Positions 1 to 15,197 of a stretch of DNA of 64,000 bases are shown here, one piece after another (position 1 is the stretch's first letter; each line of letters starts with the position of its first letter). Position numbers and translations under genes: made by a program. Origin of the DNA: the human T2T-CHM13v2.0 reference genome, Homo sapiens. Under the pieces are notes generated by a model, which saw nothing but the letters and a program-made list of their open reading frames with translations, was not told where the DNA came from and did not search any database. The DNA is taken from assembly GCF_009914755.1 (NCBI RefSeq), contig NC_060932.1; one strand, 5' to 3'.

Positions 1-454
1 TAGTTCACTGTAGCCTCTAACTCCTGGGCTTGAGTGATCATCTTGCCTCAGCCTCCTGAGTAGCTAGAAGAAGCACATCATACCACACAGTAAGTGCTTA
101 TTATTATTTTTAATTTTTTTTTTCTTTACAGAATCCCATATAGATCTGATTAGTATCAGCCACATGGTAGGCAATGCTTGTTGCACTGAAGTCAGCCATT
201 AGAATGTCGTCACTTTGAGGTAAGTCATTGACACATCCAGTAAGCTACTTTTTAGGATTATTCTTAGGGAAAAAAAACAGAGCCTGAAGAAAACAGAATT
301 TTCACCCACTTATTATGAGAGCTAGGAGAAGTTCAGAGGCAAGACAGAGTGAAAGGAAACTACCTTTGTCTCAGGAAGCCTGGAGTTGGAAAGGAAGACA
401 AGGATGTGGACAAGGGAAAAGCAGGGAAGGGAGAAGGGAATACAGCAAATAAAC

Positions 455-829
455 TGTATGAGTTCCTTTCCACACTGCTGTAAAGACATACCAAAGACTG
501 GGCGATTTATAAAGAGAAGAGGTTTAATTGACTCAGAGTTCTGCATGGCTGGGAAGGCCTCAGGAAACTTACAGTTATGGCATAAGACGAAGGGGAAGCA
601 AGGATCCTCTTCACACAGCGGCAGGAGAGAGAAAAGGGAGCGAAGGAGGAACTTGCCAAACACTTTTATAAAACCATCAGGTCTCATGAGAACTCCTTCA
701 AATCACGAGAACAGCATGGGGGAAACTGCCCTCATGATCCAATCACCTCCCACCAGGTTCCTCCCTCAAAACTTGGGAATTCCAATTCAAGATAAAATTT
801 GGATGGGGACACAGAGCCTAACTATATCA
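455..829 (-). mobile_element. Solo MaLR LTR (THE1D/MSTA-like)
   Basis: TG...CA termini; perfect TSD TAAAC at 450-454 and 830-834. Confidence 0.9.
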
Positions 830-1880
830 TAAACTTTACTTAAAATGTGTAAGCCAAAGCCAGTGTGTGTAAGGCCCTATTACTTTGTTTAATAGAAAGT
901 AAAGTACATCAAGTCTCAAGTCTCAGAATTTGGTCCAGGCCGATCCAATCTACTAGTTCGGTGTCTGAGCAATTTAGTGTGGGCTCTACCGCCCTCTTCT
1001 GGAAATACTGGGAATTGGTCTTTACTTGTGGTTTTTCAAGTCAGTCACAAATACTAGAAATCAGAGGCCAATTTCATTTTGAGAGTTGAGACAGAATTTG
1101 GTAGGTGGCTCAGGAGGAAGGAGAATCAAGGTGGAAGAAGGTGAAGGTAACATAGCACATTTCTTAAAATATGCAGAAAAGTTTCTACAGCCCAATCAAA
1201 CATTAGTAATAAAATTCACTGTTGCAAAAAAAAAAAAAAAAAAAAAAAAAAAAGCCTTGTGTTAAATTTTGTTCATGAGCAAAAGGTGTTAAAAGATTGA
1301 TTTGTTAAGGAAAGGCCTCAGACTGTGGAGTCAGACCCACCTGAGTCAAATCTGGGCTCTGCTGCTTGTTGTGTAAGTGTAAGTGACTAAGTGACCTCAA
1401 GCTGATTATTTAACCTCGCGGGCTGTTCTCATCTGTAAAATGGGGACCACAATGCCCACCCCAGGGGGATGAAGTGAAACGATGCATTTAAGAGGACCAA
1501 CATGTCACAGACTCCCCTTCAAGAAATTCAGGTAGAGAAAATTATACAATCCTAATGAGAAAAATGAGGAGAGACCCGAGTAAGGGGAGAAGCATTTATT
1601 AAGGTCAGGAATAGGCAAAAGTAATTGATGGGGAGAGAAGTCAGAACAGAGGTTCCCTCTGGAGGTGGTAAGTATTGACAGAGAAGGGATGGAAGGAGGC
1701 TTCTGGAGTGCTGAGAGTGCTCTATATTTTGTTCTGAGTGGTAGTTACCCAAACACATAAATTTATCAAGCACACACTTAAAATTTATGCACTTTACATA
1801 CACAACCTTTAAAAAGAGGGGAGAGGAGGAAGAAGAAGGAGGAGGAGGAAAAGGAGAAGCAGAAAAAAAAAGAAAAAGAC

Positions 1881-2151
1881 TTTTTTTTTTTTGAGATGCT
1901 GGAGGTAGTGACACAATCTTGGCTCACTGCAACCTCTGCCCCCTGAGTTCAAGCGATTATCCTGCCTCAGTCTCCTGAGTAGCTGGGACTACAGGCATGC
2001 ACCACCATGCCCAGCTAATTTTTGTATTTTTAGTGGAGACGGGGTTTCACCATGTTGGCCAGGTCTATCTCCAACTCCTGACCTCAGGTGATCCACCTGC
2101 CTCAGCCTCCCAAAGTGCTGGGATTACAGACATGAGCCATCATGCCTGGCC
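1881..2151 (-). repeat. AluS
   Basis: Alu consensus; TSD aagaaaaagac. Confidence 0.9.
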
Positions 2152-3654
2152 CAAGAAAAAGACTGAAAACAGTGGTGAAGTGGGGGAGATCCTATAACTT
2201 GAGTCAGAATAGTTATCTCAGCTTTCTAAAGACGGCCACATCTCTTCTACCTGCTCATTCCACAACCTGTATTGGTTCTGAAAATTATGGGAGGAGACAT
2301 GAACATGCTGATTATGAAGAATTTCTGCCGCCACAGCTGTGAGCAGATAGAGTGAAGGCGAACTAATCTGTGATTCAACCCAGGTGAAGGCAAAGCCTGT
2401 GAGCAGTGAGTGGGTGGATGTGATTTCCAAAAGAAACCCCTTGGCTCAAAGTGGCAGGGGCTGGAGACCAGGATGGACTGAGAGACAGCCAGAGTTGAGT
2501 TGAGGGGTGAGTAGGGTTCGCTACCATAATTTCTGGAAAGTGCTTCAGGTGTGGAGCGTCAACAAGAGTGGGAATTCCCACATCAGCTCCCACACCTTTG
2601 TATGGCAAGCATACTATGCATGCCACAAGCAGTTCGGCCAGGGCTCCGCCCCAGCTACTCGCTAAGAAGAGTTGTCATGCCAGTTACAGAAAGACAGCCC
2701 TTAACTCTAGCCTCTTCTTGCAAGCATGACAAGCACAGGCCCACAGGCCCATAGGCCAAACTCTCTTCTGCAGTGAAGGAGCTCAAAACTGGTTCCTTCC
2801 AATGTCCTTATGAGCAAATTAAAACTGTGAGGAATTTCCCCCCCATTTTCCTTTAAATGAGCTGGAAAGATTTGAATAAAGACTCTTGTAAGCTCTGGTA
2901 ACTACTATATGAAAAGGTTTAAAAGGAAATAACTTGGGGAAGTAAACAATAGCCCGTGAAAGATCGAAATGCTTTTTAGACATTGTTGGAATGAAAATGT
3001 TGGGTGAAAACTGATAAGAACATTAGCAAAAGTAAGCTGACTGAATACCAAATTACACACAAGGAGATGCCAATAATAATAGTCAACTTGTGCCACAGAA
3101 CGCAAGACATAGGAATTGAAGGTGATGTAAGATATGGGGCTGGGGGAAAAAAAAGGCAGATTCATGAGAAAAAAGAAAAAGTGAAAGGAAGGACACCTCA
3201 GTCCCATCCACCATGCCCTGAAGGTAGCCAATAGCCCCATCACCACCCAGGTGGAAAGATTTATTATGTGGAAAACTTAAAGCCCAGAGGGTACAAAGTG
3301 AGGACTCGCCACGGAGGCAGGGGAGCGGGGCCACACTTAACACCATGAGAGTGACCTGGCTGAGAGTCTGCTCCCCACCCTGAGCCCCCATTAGTCACTT
3401 TGTTCCAAGAAGGTTGACTCTACCCATCCTCACCACCACGAGGAAGTCTCCACTGGAGGAATTACGAGAGAAGTCCTACAGACACTGATATCGGGGAGTT
3501 CTCCAATAAAAGAGCCAACACCTACCAGTCACCCTAAGAGTTCACAAGCCCCAGTCTTTCATGTAGACTTCCAGAAGCCTTACAATGCACGCAAGATATT
3601 TGAAGAAAGTCTCCATAGTGAAACAGCTCAAAACAAGCAAAGATTGGAACTGAG

Positions 3655-3960
3655 GGCTGGACGCAGTGGCTCATGCCTCTAATCCCAGCACTTTGGGAGG
3701 CCAAGGCGGGTGGGTCATGAGGTTAGGAGTTCAGGAACAGCCTGGCCAACATGATGAAACCCCGTGTCTACTAAAAAAAAAATGCAAAAATTAGCCAGGC
3801 CTGGTGGCAGGCAACTGTAATCCGAGCCACTCGGGAGGTGAGGCAGAGAATTCCTTGAATCTGGAGGCAGAGGTTGCAGTGAGCTGAGATCACGCCACTG
3901 CACTCCAGCCTGGGCGACAGAGCGAGACTCCATCTCAAAAAAAAAAAAAAAAGAAAAAAA
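3655..3960 (+). repeat. AluS
   Basis: Alu consensus; TSD aagattggaactgag. Confidence 0.92.
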
Positions 3961-5738
3961 GATTGGAACTGAGGAAACATAAATGCAGGGAGAAAAAATA
4001 GCTTGACCCGCCCTCAGAGAGAGAAAAAATATCTCAACCATAAAATGAGATTAGGAGGCCATGAGAAAACTCAGAGAGCTGTTGTAAATTAAATTATGAT
4101 AGATGAAAAAAAATTCTGAAGAACAGCTGAATGTAGAACTGAGACAGTCTCTTAGAGAGTGGAATAAAATAAGTTAAAATGATAGAATAGGAGGAAAAGG
4201 GAAGATTAATCAATCCAACATCCAACCAATAGGATTTCTGAAAGAAAGCAAAGATATAGCACAATCAAAGATATAGCACAATAAAATTCCCAGAACAGAC
4301 AATATGAGTTTCCAGATTGAGAGGCCCCACTGGGTGTGCAGCACAGTGAATAAAAAAGACCCCAACAAATACTCATTATTGTGAAATTTCTAAAGACCTG
4401 GAATAAGATCCCAGTAGCTAAAAGCAACCACAGATCTCATTCAAAACACGGAGAATCAAATGGCACAGGGCTTCTCAACAGCAATGCTGAGACTAGATGA
4501 AAGAACAGCATTGGAAATATGAGGGAAAATAATATTCAGCTCAGAATTCTGCACCCAGGCAATTATCAATCAAGCAGGACATTTTCACACACATCTGATG
4601 TCTCAAATTATATGCCACCCTTGCAGCTATCTGAGGAATTATTGGAGGACATACTCCAACAGAAGATGAAAATGCACCAAGAACAAGAAAGTGAATTCAG
4701 GAAACTGGAGTCCAGTTTAGGAGAGCAACACAAGAAAACCCAGCCCAAAGCCCATGCAGGTGGCTCTGAGAATGAATCCAGAGGACACAGGGCTGGAAAC
4801 AAAACGTACCGACAGATGACCTGCTATGATCAGAAACAAATAGTCAGGGGTCTTCATAAATCAGTTAGTGGACTTGAGAACAATGGGTGAGAGTAATCTG
4901 GAAAATGAAGTAAACAAAGGAACTTCAGAAACAACAAAGCAGACTTCATCAGCTTCAACAACAGCAAAATATAGAGCAAGGAAGTGAAATCAGACACCAT
5001 CCCTGCAGATACCACATTCTGCAGCAAGCATTGCTAATATGGTCATTATAGAGCAAATACCTATTAAGTGACTAAATCATGAAATAATTAAGCTTGAAGG
5101 TTGAAGGACAGGAAGAGGCCAGTAAAGATATTCAATCTCCATCTACCATTAAATTAAGACGGTAGGTTATGTCAAAAAAAAAAAAAATGGCAAATCAAGA
5201 AAGAACTGAGTAAGCAGATTTTGTAGATGCAAAAAAGTAAAAATAATAAAATAGATAAAAGTGTGAAAGTGGAGGACAGGATTCAGGAGTTGGAAAAGAT
5301 GACACAAAAGCCTGCTGTTTTCTGTCATATGCTTGAGGCATTATTACTTTTTAACGACGTAATTTTAACACTTATTAGAAAGTTACATTAAGACATGAAA
5401 TAATAGCAGAAAGACTGACAGATAGGTGAATAGAACTGAACTGAGAATCCAGAAATAAATTTTCACATTTACAGTCAATTGACTTTCAGAAAGGATGCAA
5501 GTAAACGCAATGGGGAAAGAATCGTCTTTTCACTAAGTCGTTCTGCGACAACTGGATATCTACGCGTAAAAGAATGAAATTGGGCCTCTACCTCCCACCA
5601 TATAAAAAATAAATACAAATGGATCAAATATGAAAATGTAAGAGCTAAACCTAAAAACTCTTAGAGGAAAGCGTAAGTGTACATATTCATGACCATGGGG
5701 TAGGCAATGGGTTGTTAGACGTCATGCCAGAAGCATAA

Positions 5739-6237
<499 letters not shown>

Positions 6238-7027
6238 AAGACAACCATTTTTTTTTTTTTTAATGGACAAAGGCTCTGAATAGACATTTCCACAAAGAAA
6301 ATGTATACATGGTCAATAAGTACATGAAAAGATGCTCAACATTATTGGTCATCAGAAAAATTCAAATCAAAACCACAAGCGACCATTTCACACCCCCTAG
6401 GATGGATATAATTAAAAAGACAGACAATAACAAATGTTGGCAAGGATGTGGAGAAATTGGAACCTTCATCCACCGACTGTGGAAATATGAAATCCACTGA
6501 CTGTGGAAATATGAAAGCTACTTTGGAAAACAGTCTGGCAGTTCCTCAGAGTTTTAACATCAAGTTATCACAGGACCGAACAATTTTACTCCTAGGTATA
6601 TACCCAGGAGAAATGAGAACATATGCCCACACAACAACTTATACATAAATGTTTAGAGCAGCATTATTCACAACAGCTGAAAGGTGAACATGACGCAAAT
6701 GCCCATGAGCTGATGAATGAAATAAGATGAATAAATAAGGTGTAATATATTCATATAATGGGACATCGTTTAATAATAAAAAGAAAAGAGGTAGTGATAC
6801 ATACCACAATATAGATGAACCTTTAATTTTTTTTTAATTTTTACTTAATCCCAGATGTGATAGTATACTGATAAATCTTGAAAACATGCTTAGTGAAACA
6901 AGCCAGTCTCAAAAGACCACATATTGTATGATTCCATTTATGTCAAGTGTCTGGAATAGGCAGATCTATAGAGAAAGAAAGATTAGTGGTTTCCTGGGAC
7001 TGGAGGGTGTTGTTGAAAGAAAATTCA

Positions 7028-7717
<690 letters not shown>

Positions 7718-8091
7718 TAAATAGGGGTTTATGGTTGATAAAGTGTGTTCTTTGTCTACTTCTTATTACCTCATTCATCTTAATTACACTCCTGTTACAA
7801 CTGTGTCATTGTTATTCTCACGTTACAAATAACAAAGTTTTCACTGTCACATTGTTTCTATGTTGTGGAGATTCCCCAGAGGGCTTTGGTTTGCAACACT
7901 GTAACACTGCTCCCCCACCCGCTCCCTGTCATTCCATGAATATCATGGCAGACCTACTTTGAGCACCAGGCCACCTGCACGTTGAGTCACACCTGAACAC
8001 ACAAAACTTCCTGCTTTCCTGTGACGATTTGCTCAGCAACCTGTTGTGACCTGCACCATGGTCGGCTGCCCCTCAGCACACCCTAATTCTA

Positions 8092-8503
<412 letters not shown>

Positions 8504-8669
8504 TTACTGACCTGGGGTCAATAGCCAAAACAAGCAATGTATGATCCCCAAACTGCACTCTTCTCCCTTATGATTTCCAGAGACCACATAATGACTCGAT
8601 TTGGATGACAAATCCTAAAAGACCTTGACCACGCTCATGCCTCTGCTAACACTGTACTCATCATTCTCC

Positions 8670-8870
8670 AGAAGAAGAAAGAAAAAAGGGGAAGAAGAAG
8701 CAGGGAGGAGGAGAGGAGGACAAGGGGGGGAGGAGGAGGAGGAAGAAGAGGGGGAGGAGGAGGAGGGGGGAGGGGGAGAAGGGACAGCAGGGGAGGAGAG
8801 GAGCGAGGAGAGGAGGAGGAAGAAGATAAGGAGAAGGAGGACAACAAGGAGGGCAAGGAGGAGGGGAGGG
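8670..8870. repeat. GA-rich low-complexity tract
   Basis: Almost purely purine (GAG/GGA) on the + strand. Confidence 0.9.
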
Positions 8871-9543
8871 GATCACAACACACTTTGCTTCTAATAATTT
8901 CTTGAAAGCAACAAATGAAACCTGAAATGACGTTTGTGTTTCTGGGGTGATGCTGGTTCTCACCTTTGTCTGACCTCTCAGCTTTGTCTTTGGCTCCTCG
9001 CTCAGGTCCTGCCCCTGAGCTCACAGAAAGCCACCCCAAAATGAGCCAGTGGCAGATGGAGCCACAGAAAGCCAGAGCTACAGAAGTTGATGCCAAAGCC
9101 CAGAGACGTGAAATGACTTGTCCCAGGTCACACAGCTAGTTAATGTCAGAGCTAGGCTAGGACCTCAGGATTATGTCTCTTTATTCCTGATTTGGTCCTC
9201 CCTCAACCACCTTGTGACTTGACCATTTCTCTCTTCAGCACCTCCCAGAAACAGCAGAGAGCGCTTTGTACCAAAGCCACCATGCTCCATTCCTGCCTTG
9301 TTGCAGAGAAAGTTCTCCTGTCCCATACACGAAATTGTAGGGGTGAGCTCAGCAGAACTGAATTGTGTAACGCAGCAGCCCTGGGGTGTCAAAGCTTGCC
9401 AAGAATCAACCACACATCCAGGGAAGGTGTGTGGAAGGGCTGCACCGCCCTTTCTTCAAGTAAGCCTCAGAGGACTGACTCGTACAAGCATTACAGAGCT
9501 ACCTCCAGGAGTAGGGAGCAATGTTACTAGGAAATTTATTTTA

Positions 9544-9816
<273 letters not shown>

Positions 9817-10717
9817 CTAAGGCTTTATCTTGGAAAAATCAATTCCATACATAAGAACACAGTGGGTGGGTAGCGGGGAAGTATTTCCTAATATTCACCC
9901 TAGAGTTAGCCCTCTAGTGATTTTAGAGTTCCTCCAGTGGTGTTCTGAGACTGTGGCCATCACAAATGGGCCTCCTTAAAGGTGTAGGCTACTTTAATAA
10001 CATCCCCTTGAATTTGGGTCCCTCCCCATAAGAACTTTCCTGTCACTTGCCACACTGCTGTTCCTGCCACCCATTCATCATCCTGTGTGATCTCTGCATT
10101 CCTTCAGCCTCCATAGTTACCTCCTTAATTTAAGGTGCTGTAGCTCCCACCCTAATGTGGAACTGCCACACTTTTCCTGCTTTTGTACTTTGGAAAGGAT
10201 GTGTCTTCTGGTTTGCTTCTAATGCTCTGATAAACTCCAACATTTTCCTGGCTTATTGAGCACCATAGCTCGTTAGTTGCACTGTCTTCTTTGCTACATG
10301 GTAATTGGTGGTTGAAAGCCCGTCTTTCTACAAAGATTTTTATAGTCTCTGCACCTCCTCCCTTTCATGAGGGAAAAACGCATCTCTTCAACTGTCCCAC
10401 AGTGGAGTGGAGTGCCATTTTATGATACTTTCATAGAAAACTTCTTGTGGCTCATCCTTGCTGGGTGGCATTTTCATTGTTACAAGAAATTCATCTGACC
10501 TGTGAATATGGGAAATTTACCGTGCATTCTCTTCTTTATATTAGTGGCCTTCTTTATAAGGCCACTAATAAAGACTAATTCCATTTCCTATTTTTGTGGA
10601 ATTCTTCTTTTTATACTCTTCCATATATACGCTATATATATGATCTTTAACCTACCTCTGATCTATAATTTTAAAAAGTGTCCTGACTTACTTTACAGTG
10701 TTTGGTGTTGACTTCTT

Positions 10718-11006
10718 ATTTTTTGAGTCAGGGTCTCAGTCTATTGCCCAGGTTGAAGTGCATTTGCACGATCATGGCCCAGTGCAGCCTCCACCTCCCG
10801 GGCTCAAGTGATTCTCCTGCCTCAGCCCTTTGAGAAGCTGAGACCACAGGAACGTACCACCATGCCTAGCTAATTTTTAAATTTTTTGTAGAGAAGGAGT
10901 TTCGCCATGCTGCCCGGGCTGGTCTTGAACTCCTGAGCTCGAGTGACCCTCTTGCCTTGGCCTCCCAAAGTGCTGGGATTACAGACATGAGCCACTGTGC
11001 CCGGCC
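10718..11006 (-). repeat. AluJ
   Basis: Alu consensus; TSD tggtgtt. Confidence 0.88.
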
Positions 11007-11984
11007 TGGTGTTAACCCTTGACAAGAATTGTTTTAAAAGTCTCAAATTGTGTCCACTGGCTTCCCTTTATCCACATCTTTGCATATTGTTCAAACAATG
11101 TTAGCTGGCAAGCCAGGAATCAGTTTCTCTGACAAAAAATTGTTCCCATTTTTTAAATGTGTTCATTTCTGTAGCAAGCCCAGTCTTTATTATAAGCCCT
11201 GCCCCAGGTGGATGTCAGAGTCAGCAGGCTGTCATTGCCAGAGCTCCACATCCCGCCCCACCCCACTGCCACCTGTGTAAGGTATCCCAATGGTCATTCA
11301 TTCACTCTGCATGTGTACTTACAGTTTATATATTTTGACAAACAATTTTATAATTTCACCTTTGAGCTCCTTCAAAGTCTGAGAAAGATGTCATCCTGAC
11401 CAAAGATGATTATAACACATCTGGTTTTGGAAATCAGGTAGTCTAGTTAATGCCAGCCCCCTAAAAACATATCCATAAGTCAGGTATCTATCATTTGCAT
11501 GGTGAAGATTCATTGAAAGGTTCAGCTTGAATGTGCTCTTTGATTCAGGGTTTGTGTTGGAGCCTCAGACTCCTACAGAGCAGTGCAAAAATCAGACCCT
11601 GGTGTCATTCCAGGTAAAGTCTGAAAACCCCAATCTGATATTCAGGCATCCCAAAAGCCTGTCTGTGTGGGTCTCTCCATCCTGCTTCTTACCTCTGTCT
11701 CTGCCATTATTTCCCACCCAGCCTATGAGCATCCCACCTGTTCATACTTGAACACAGAATGTATACTAACTTGCAGCATTAATCATGTTTTACACTGTTC
11801 ACACCCTGTTTGCCCAAACAGATGGGGAGCTACTTAGGGGGATGCCATGTCTCCCACCTCTTTGAAATCCCATCACCCAATAAGTATTTCAAAAAGGTAG
11901 GAAAGTGTGATAATATTTATAGTATTTGCTCTATTTGCCCATACACTCTCTTGTGCTATAAAACAACATCTAGTTTACCAGGTC

Positions 11985-12892
11985 TGAATTAGGCAATAAT
12001 GTATTTATTAGCAAGTATGAACAATGTCACATTACACCCCTCCTGTTAGGAAATCTACAATCAGGAGGGATTTCAAGGCAGTTTCTTTTAACTTCTTCCC
12101 ATGAAATCTTGGGTCTAATCAGTTATTTTTTCTGTCTTTCTTCTACTTTTATTTCTAAGAGTCTAAGAGGTTCAGAAAAGGTAGGAACACACAGGGGAGG
12201 TCAGGAGAATGTCAATAACTCCAGCAGAAGAGAAATGGGCTCCTGTTTCTGAAAGATAATGAAAATAGAAGACACTTTTCACTGAGGGTAAAGCCCTTTT
12301 AGCAGCTCTAGATTTAGCCACAGAAAAATCACTCACTTTATTAAAAAAAAAAATAAATGAAAAAAAACAAAACAAAACTCTTCAAGCTGGCATTTGGCAG
12401 CAAGACAATGCTGAGAACATTTTCTCAACTCGGCTGGGAAAACCCGGGAAAGAACACGTTGAGGAAAAGAGGGTAACACTCTTCCGATCTGTTGGGACTA
12501 TGCCAGAGAAAATCAGGCAACAGATTAAAGAGGCTTGTCAGTCACCCCACTGGTTTCAGGGGCACATTACTCACTACCACCTCTATGCAATGAGTCACCC
12601 CTTGCAGAACCCGTCACAGCTCAAGTTTAATCAACCTCACAGCAGCGGGAAGGTGCATCACTCTGTCTTCCCATAAAAGATGGGCCACTGCGGCACCAAG
12701 GCATAGAGGAAGAGCTACAAGTTACACAGGTGAGAAGAGTATCAGGGACAGTGTCCATGGGAGGGGAGGAAAGAAGATTCCCAGGCAGAGGTATGTGAAG
12801 CCCACTGAGCCGTGGGCTCAGCCATGGTGATCTGGTCCCAGGGAAAGAGGTGGTCACTGAGGCATCATGAATTCAAGGAGCACCTTCTGCTG
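11985..12892 (-). other. SLC18A1: SLC18A1 3' UTR (3' end approximate)
   Basis: Follows the stop codon; minus-strand AATAAA at 12337-12342, 12148-12153 and 12004-12009. Confidence 0.75.
12004..12009 (-). terminator. Distal polyadenylation signal AATAAA
   Basis: tttatt on the + strand, followed on the mRNA strand by GT-rich sequence (gatgttgtttt). Confidence 0.7.
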
Positions 12893-13344
<452 letters not shown>

Positions 13345-13709
13345 AACCACCGCACATCTTTTTTTTACCAATCTCCTCATTCCGTCCTCCCACTAGTTCT
13401 TCCAAGGCTGGCATTGCTAAGTACTCAAGAAACATGCATAGGACCCTCTGCATGTACATGCACCAGCCTCCCGGGGTACCTAGTATATCAACCCTTGTCA
13501 GGACAAGTATCTCATTTGCTTTTAACTGAATTTAACAGTGGTAGTGAAAGTTACAGCAGGAAGCCAAATGGAATCACCACCACTCCCTATCACACCTTCA
13601 TGTCTTCTTTTGTTCCCTTGAGCAGCCTCTGTCGGTATCCCAAACCCATCAGGCCCTCAGGATGTTTGTGCTGCAGTAAGAGGAAAGTGCTTTATTAAAG
13701 AAAATCCTA

Positions 13710-13991
<282 letters not shown>

Positions 13992-14384
13992 CTAGAGTGA
14001 ATGAGTGGATGAACGGATGTGCCAATGGAATTCTGCCCACTTATGAGGGAGTTAACTTGGTAACTCACATCTTGCTAGTAACTAGCAAGCTAAGAACAGT
14101 AACTACAGGATGTCTTTGATGGTCCTCTGCCCCCATTTCCCTTCTCTACTGAAGACCCTTCCTGATAGCCCCAGAAAGAGGGAAGTGGTTACTTAGAGAA
14201 GGGAAATTAAGGAAGTGCACAAAAGAAATATGAAGATGAAAGGGGATTGGGAAACACGGCAAAGCAGAGAGAGTATCAACAGAGCAATAGAGGGAGGAAA
14301 TAACAGCCCAGGATGAAAGGGAATGAGAGAGATGATGGAAAGAAACAGAAGTGAATTTCTCTTTTAACAGTCGGTGCTCCTTAC

Positions 14385-14518
14385 AAGCTTCTCTTCCTTT
14401 GCCGGGGGGCTCCGCAGGTAGTAGCAGAGTGGAGCATAGACGATGTTGATGACCCCAGTGATGACCATGAGCCAGGGAAAACCGATGGCCTTTACAATGG
14501 CACCACCGGTGGATGGAC
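14385..14518 (-). CDS. SLC18A1: VMAT1 exon 15 ([45 protein letters not shown])
   Basis: Acceptor cccAG, donor CTT|GTAAGG; 134 nt (cumulative 1464). Confidence 0.98.
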
Positions 14519-14729
14519 CTGGGAGGGATACATCAAAGTCATAAGTGTCTATGGAGCCTCCATATGGAGCATCCTCCACGTAGGACACTATGCTAGGGGC
14601 AGTGGGTGACCCAGAGGATGTCTCAGCGTCAAAGATCTCCAGAACCCTAGGAGGATAGCTTCCTGGCTGCACTTCCAGCTGGTAAAGAGTAGACAGGGGA
14701 AAGTGGGGCACCAGGTCCTGCCAACATAC

Positions 14730-14849
14730 CTATAGCAAAGCCCATGCAAAAAGCCACATCAGCGATGGCGTAGACACTCCCATACACCGAGGTGTGGCGT
14801 AGATCCACCAGGTGCCCCATGATGGGCATCATAGAAGAATCCACCATGC
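14730..14849 (-). CDS. SLC18A1: VMAT1 exon 14 ([40 protein letters not shown])
   Basis: Acceptor cacAG, donor G|GTATG; 120 nt (cumulative 1330). Confidence 0.98.
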
Positions 14850-15133
14850 CTGTGGCCAGAGCAAACAGGACACAGTCAGCCCCACCCACAGTTAGTACCA
14901 CCCCGCCTCTCCTCCTCCATTTAGTCCATTTGCTTTGTCTGCTGTCTTCTGCCTCGGACTAACACCTGTTCCAGGTGGGAATTACGAGCTCATCTCTCCA
15001 CAACCCTGCCAGCTGCCCTCCTGATCCTTCTGCCTCTGCACCTACCTCCTCTGATGAGAAAAGGGGGAGGAAAGGCATCAGACCCAAAGCCAACATGCAG
15101 GGGCTTATTGTTTTCTTTGAGGGCACTTCTTAC

Positions 15134-15197
15134 CTATGGCAAGGCCAAGCCCTGCATTGGGGCCAATGACACCAAAAATATTGTGAGCCAGAGGAAC
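15134..15197 (-). CDS. SLC18A1: VMAT1 exon 13 ([21 protein letters not shown])
   Basis: Acceptor tgcAG, donor G|GTAAG; 64 nt (cumulative 1210). Confidence 0.98.

Noticed and set aside
322-832. 121-aa and 148-aa ORFs
   Set aside because: They lie mostly within a MaLR solo LTR and show no protein-family features.
6468-6515. 24-bp direct duplication atccac(c/t)gactgtggaaatatgaa
   Set aside because: Ordinary slippage duplication inside an old L1, differing by one CpG transition.
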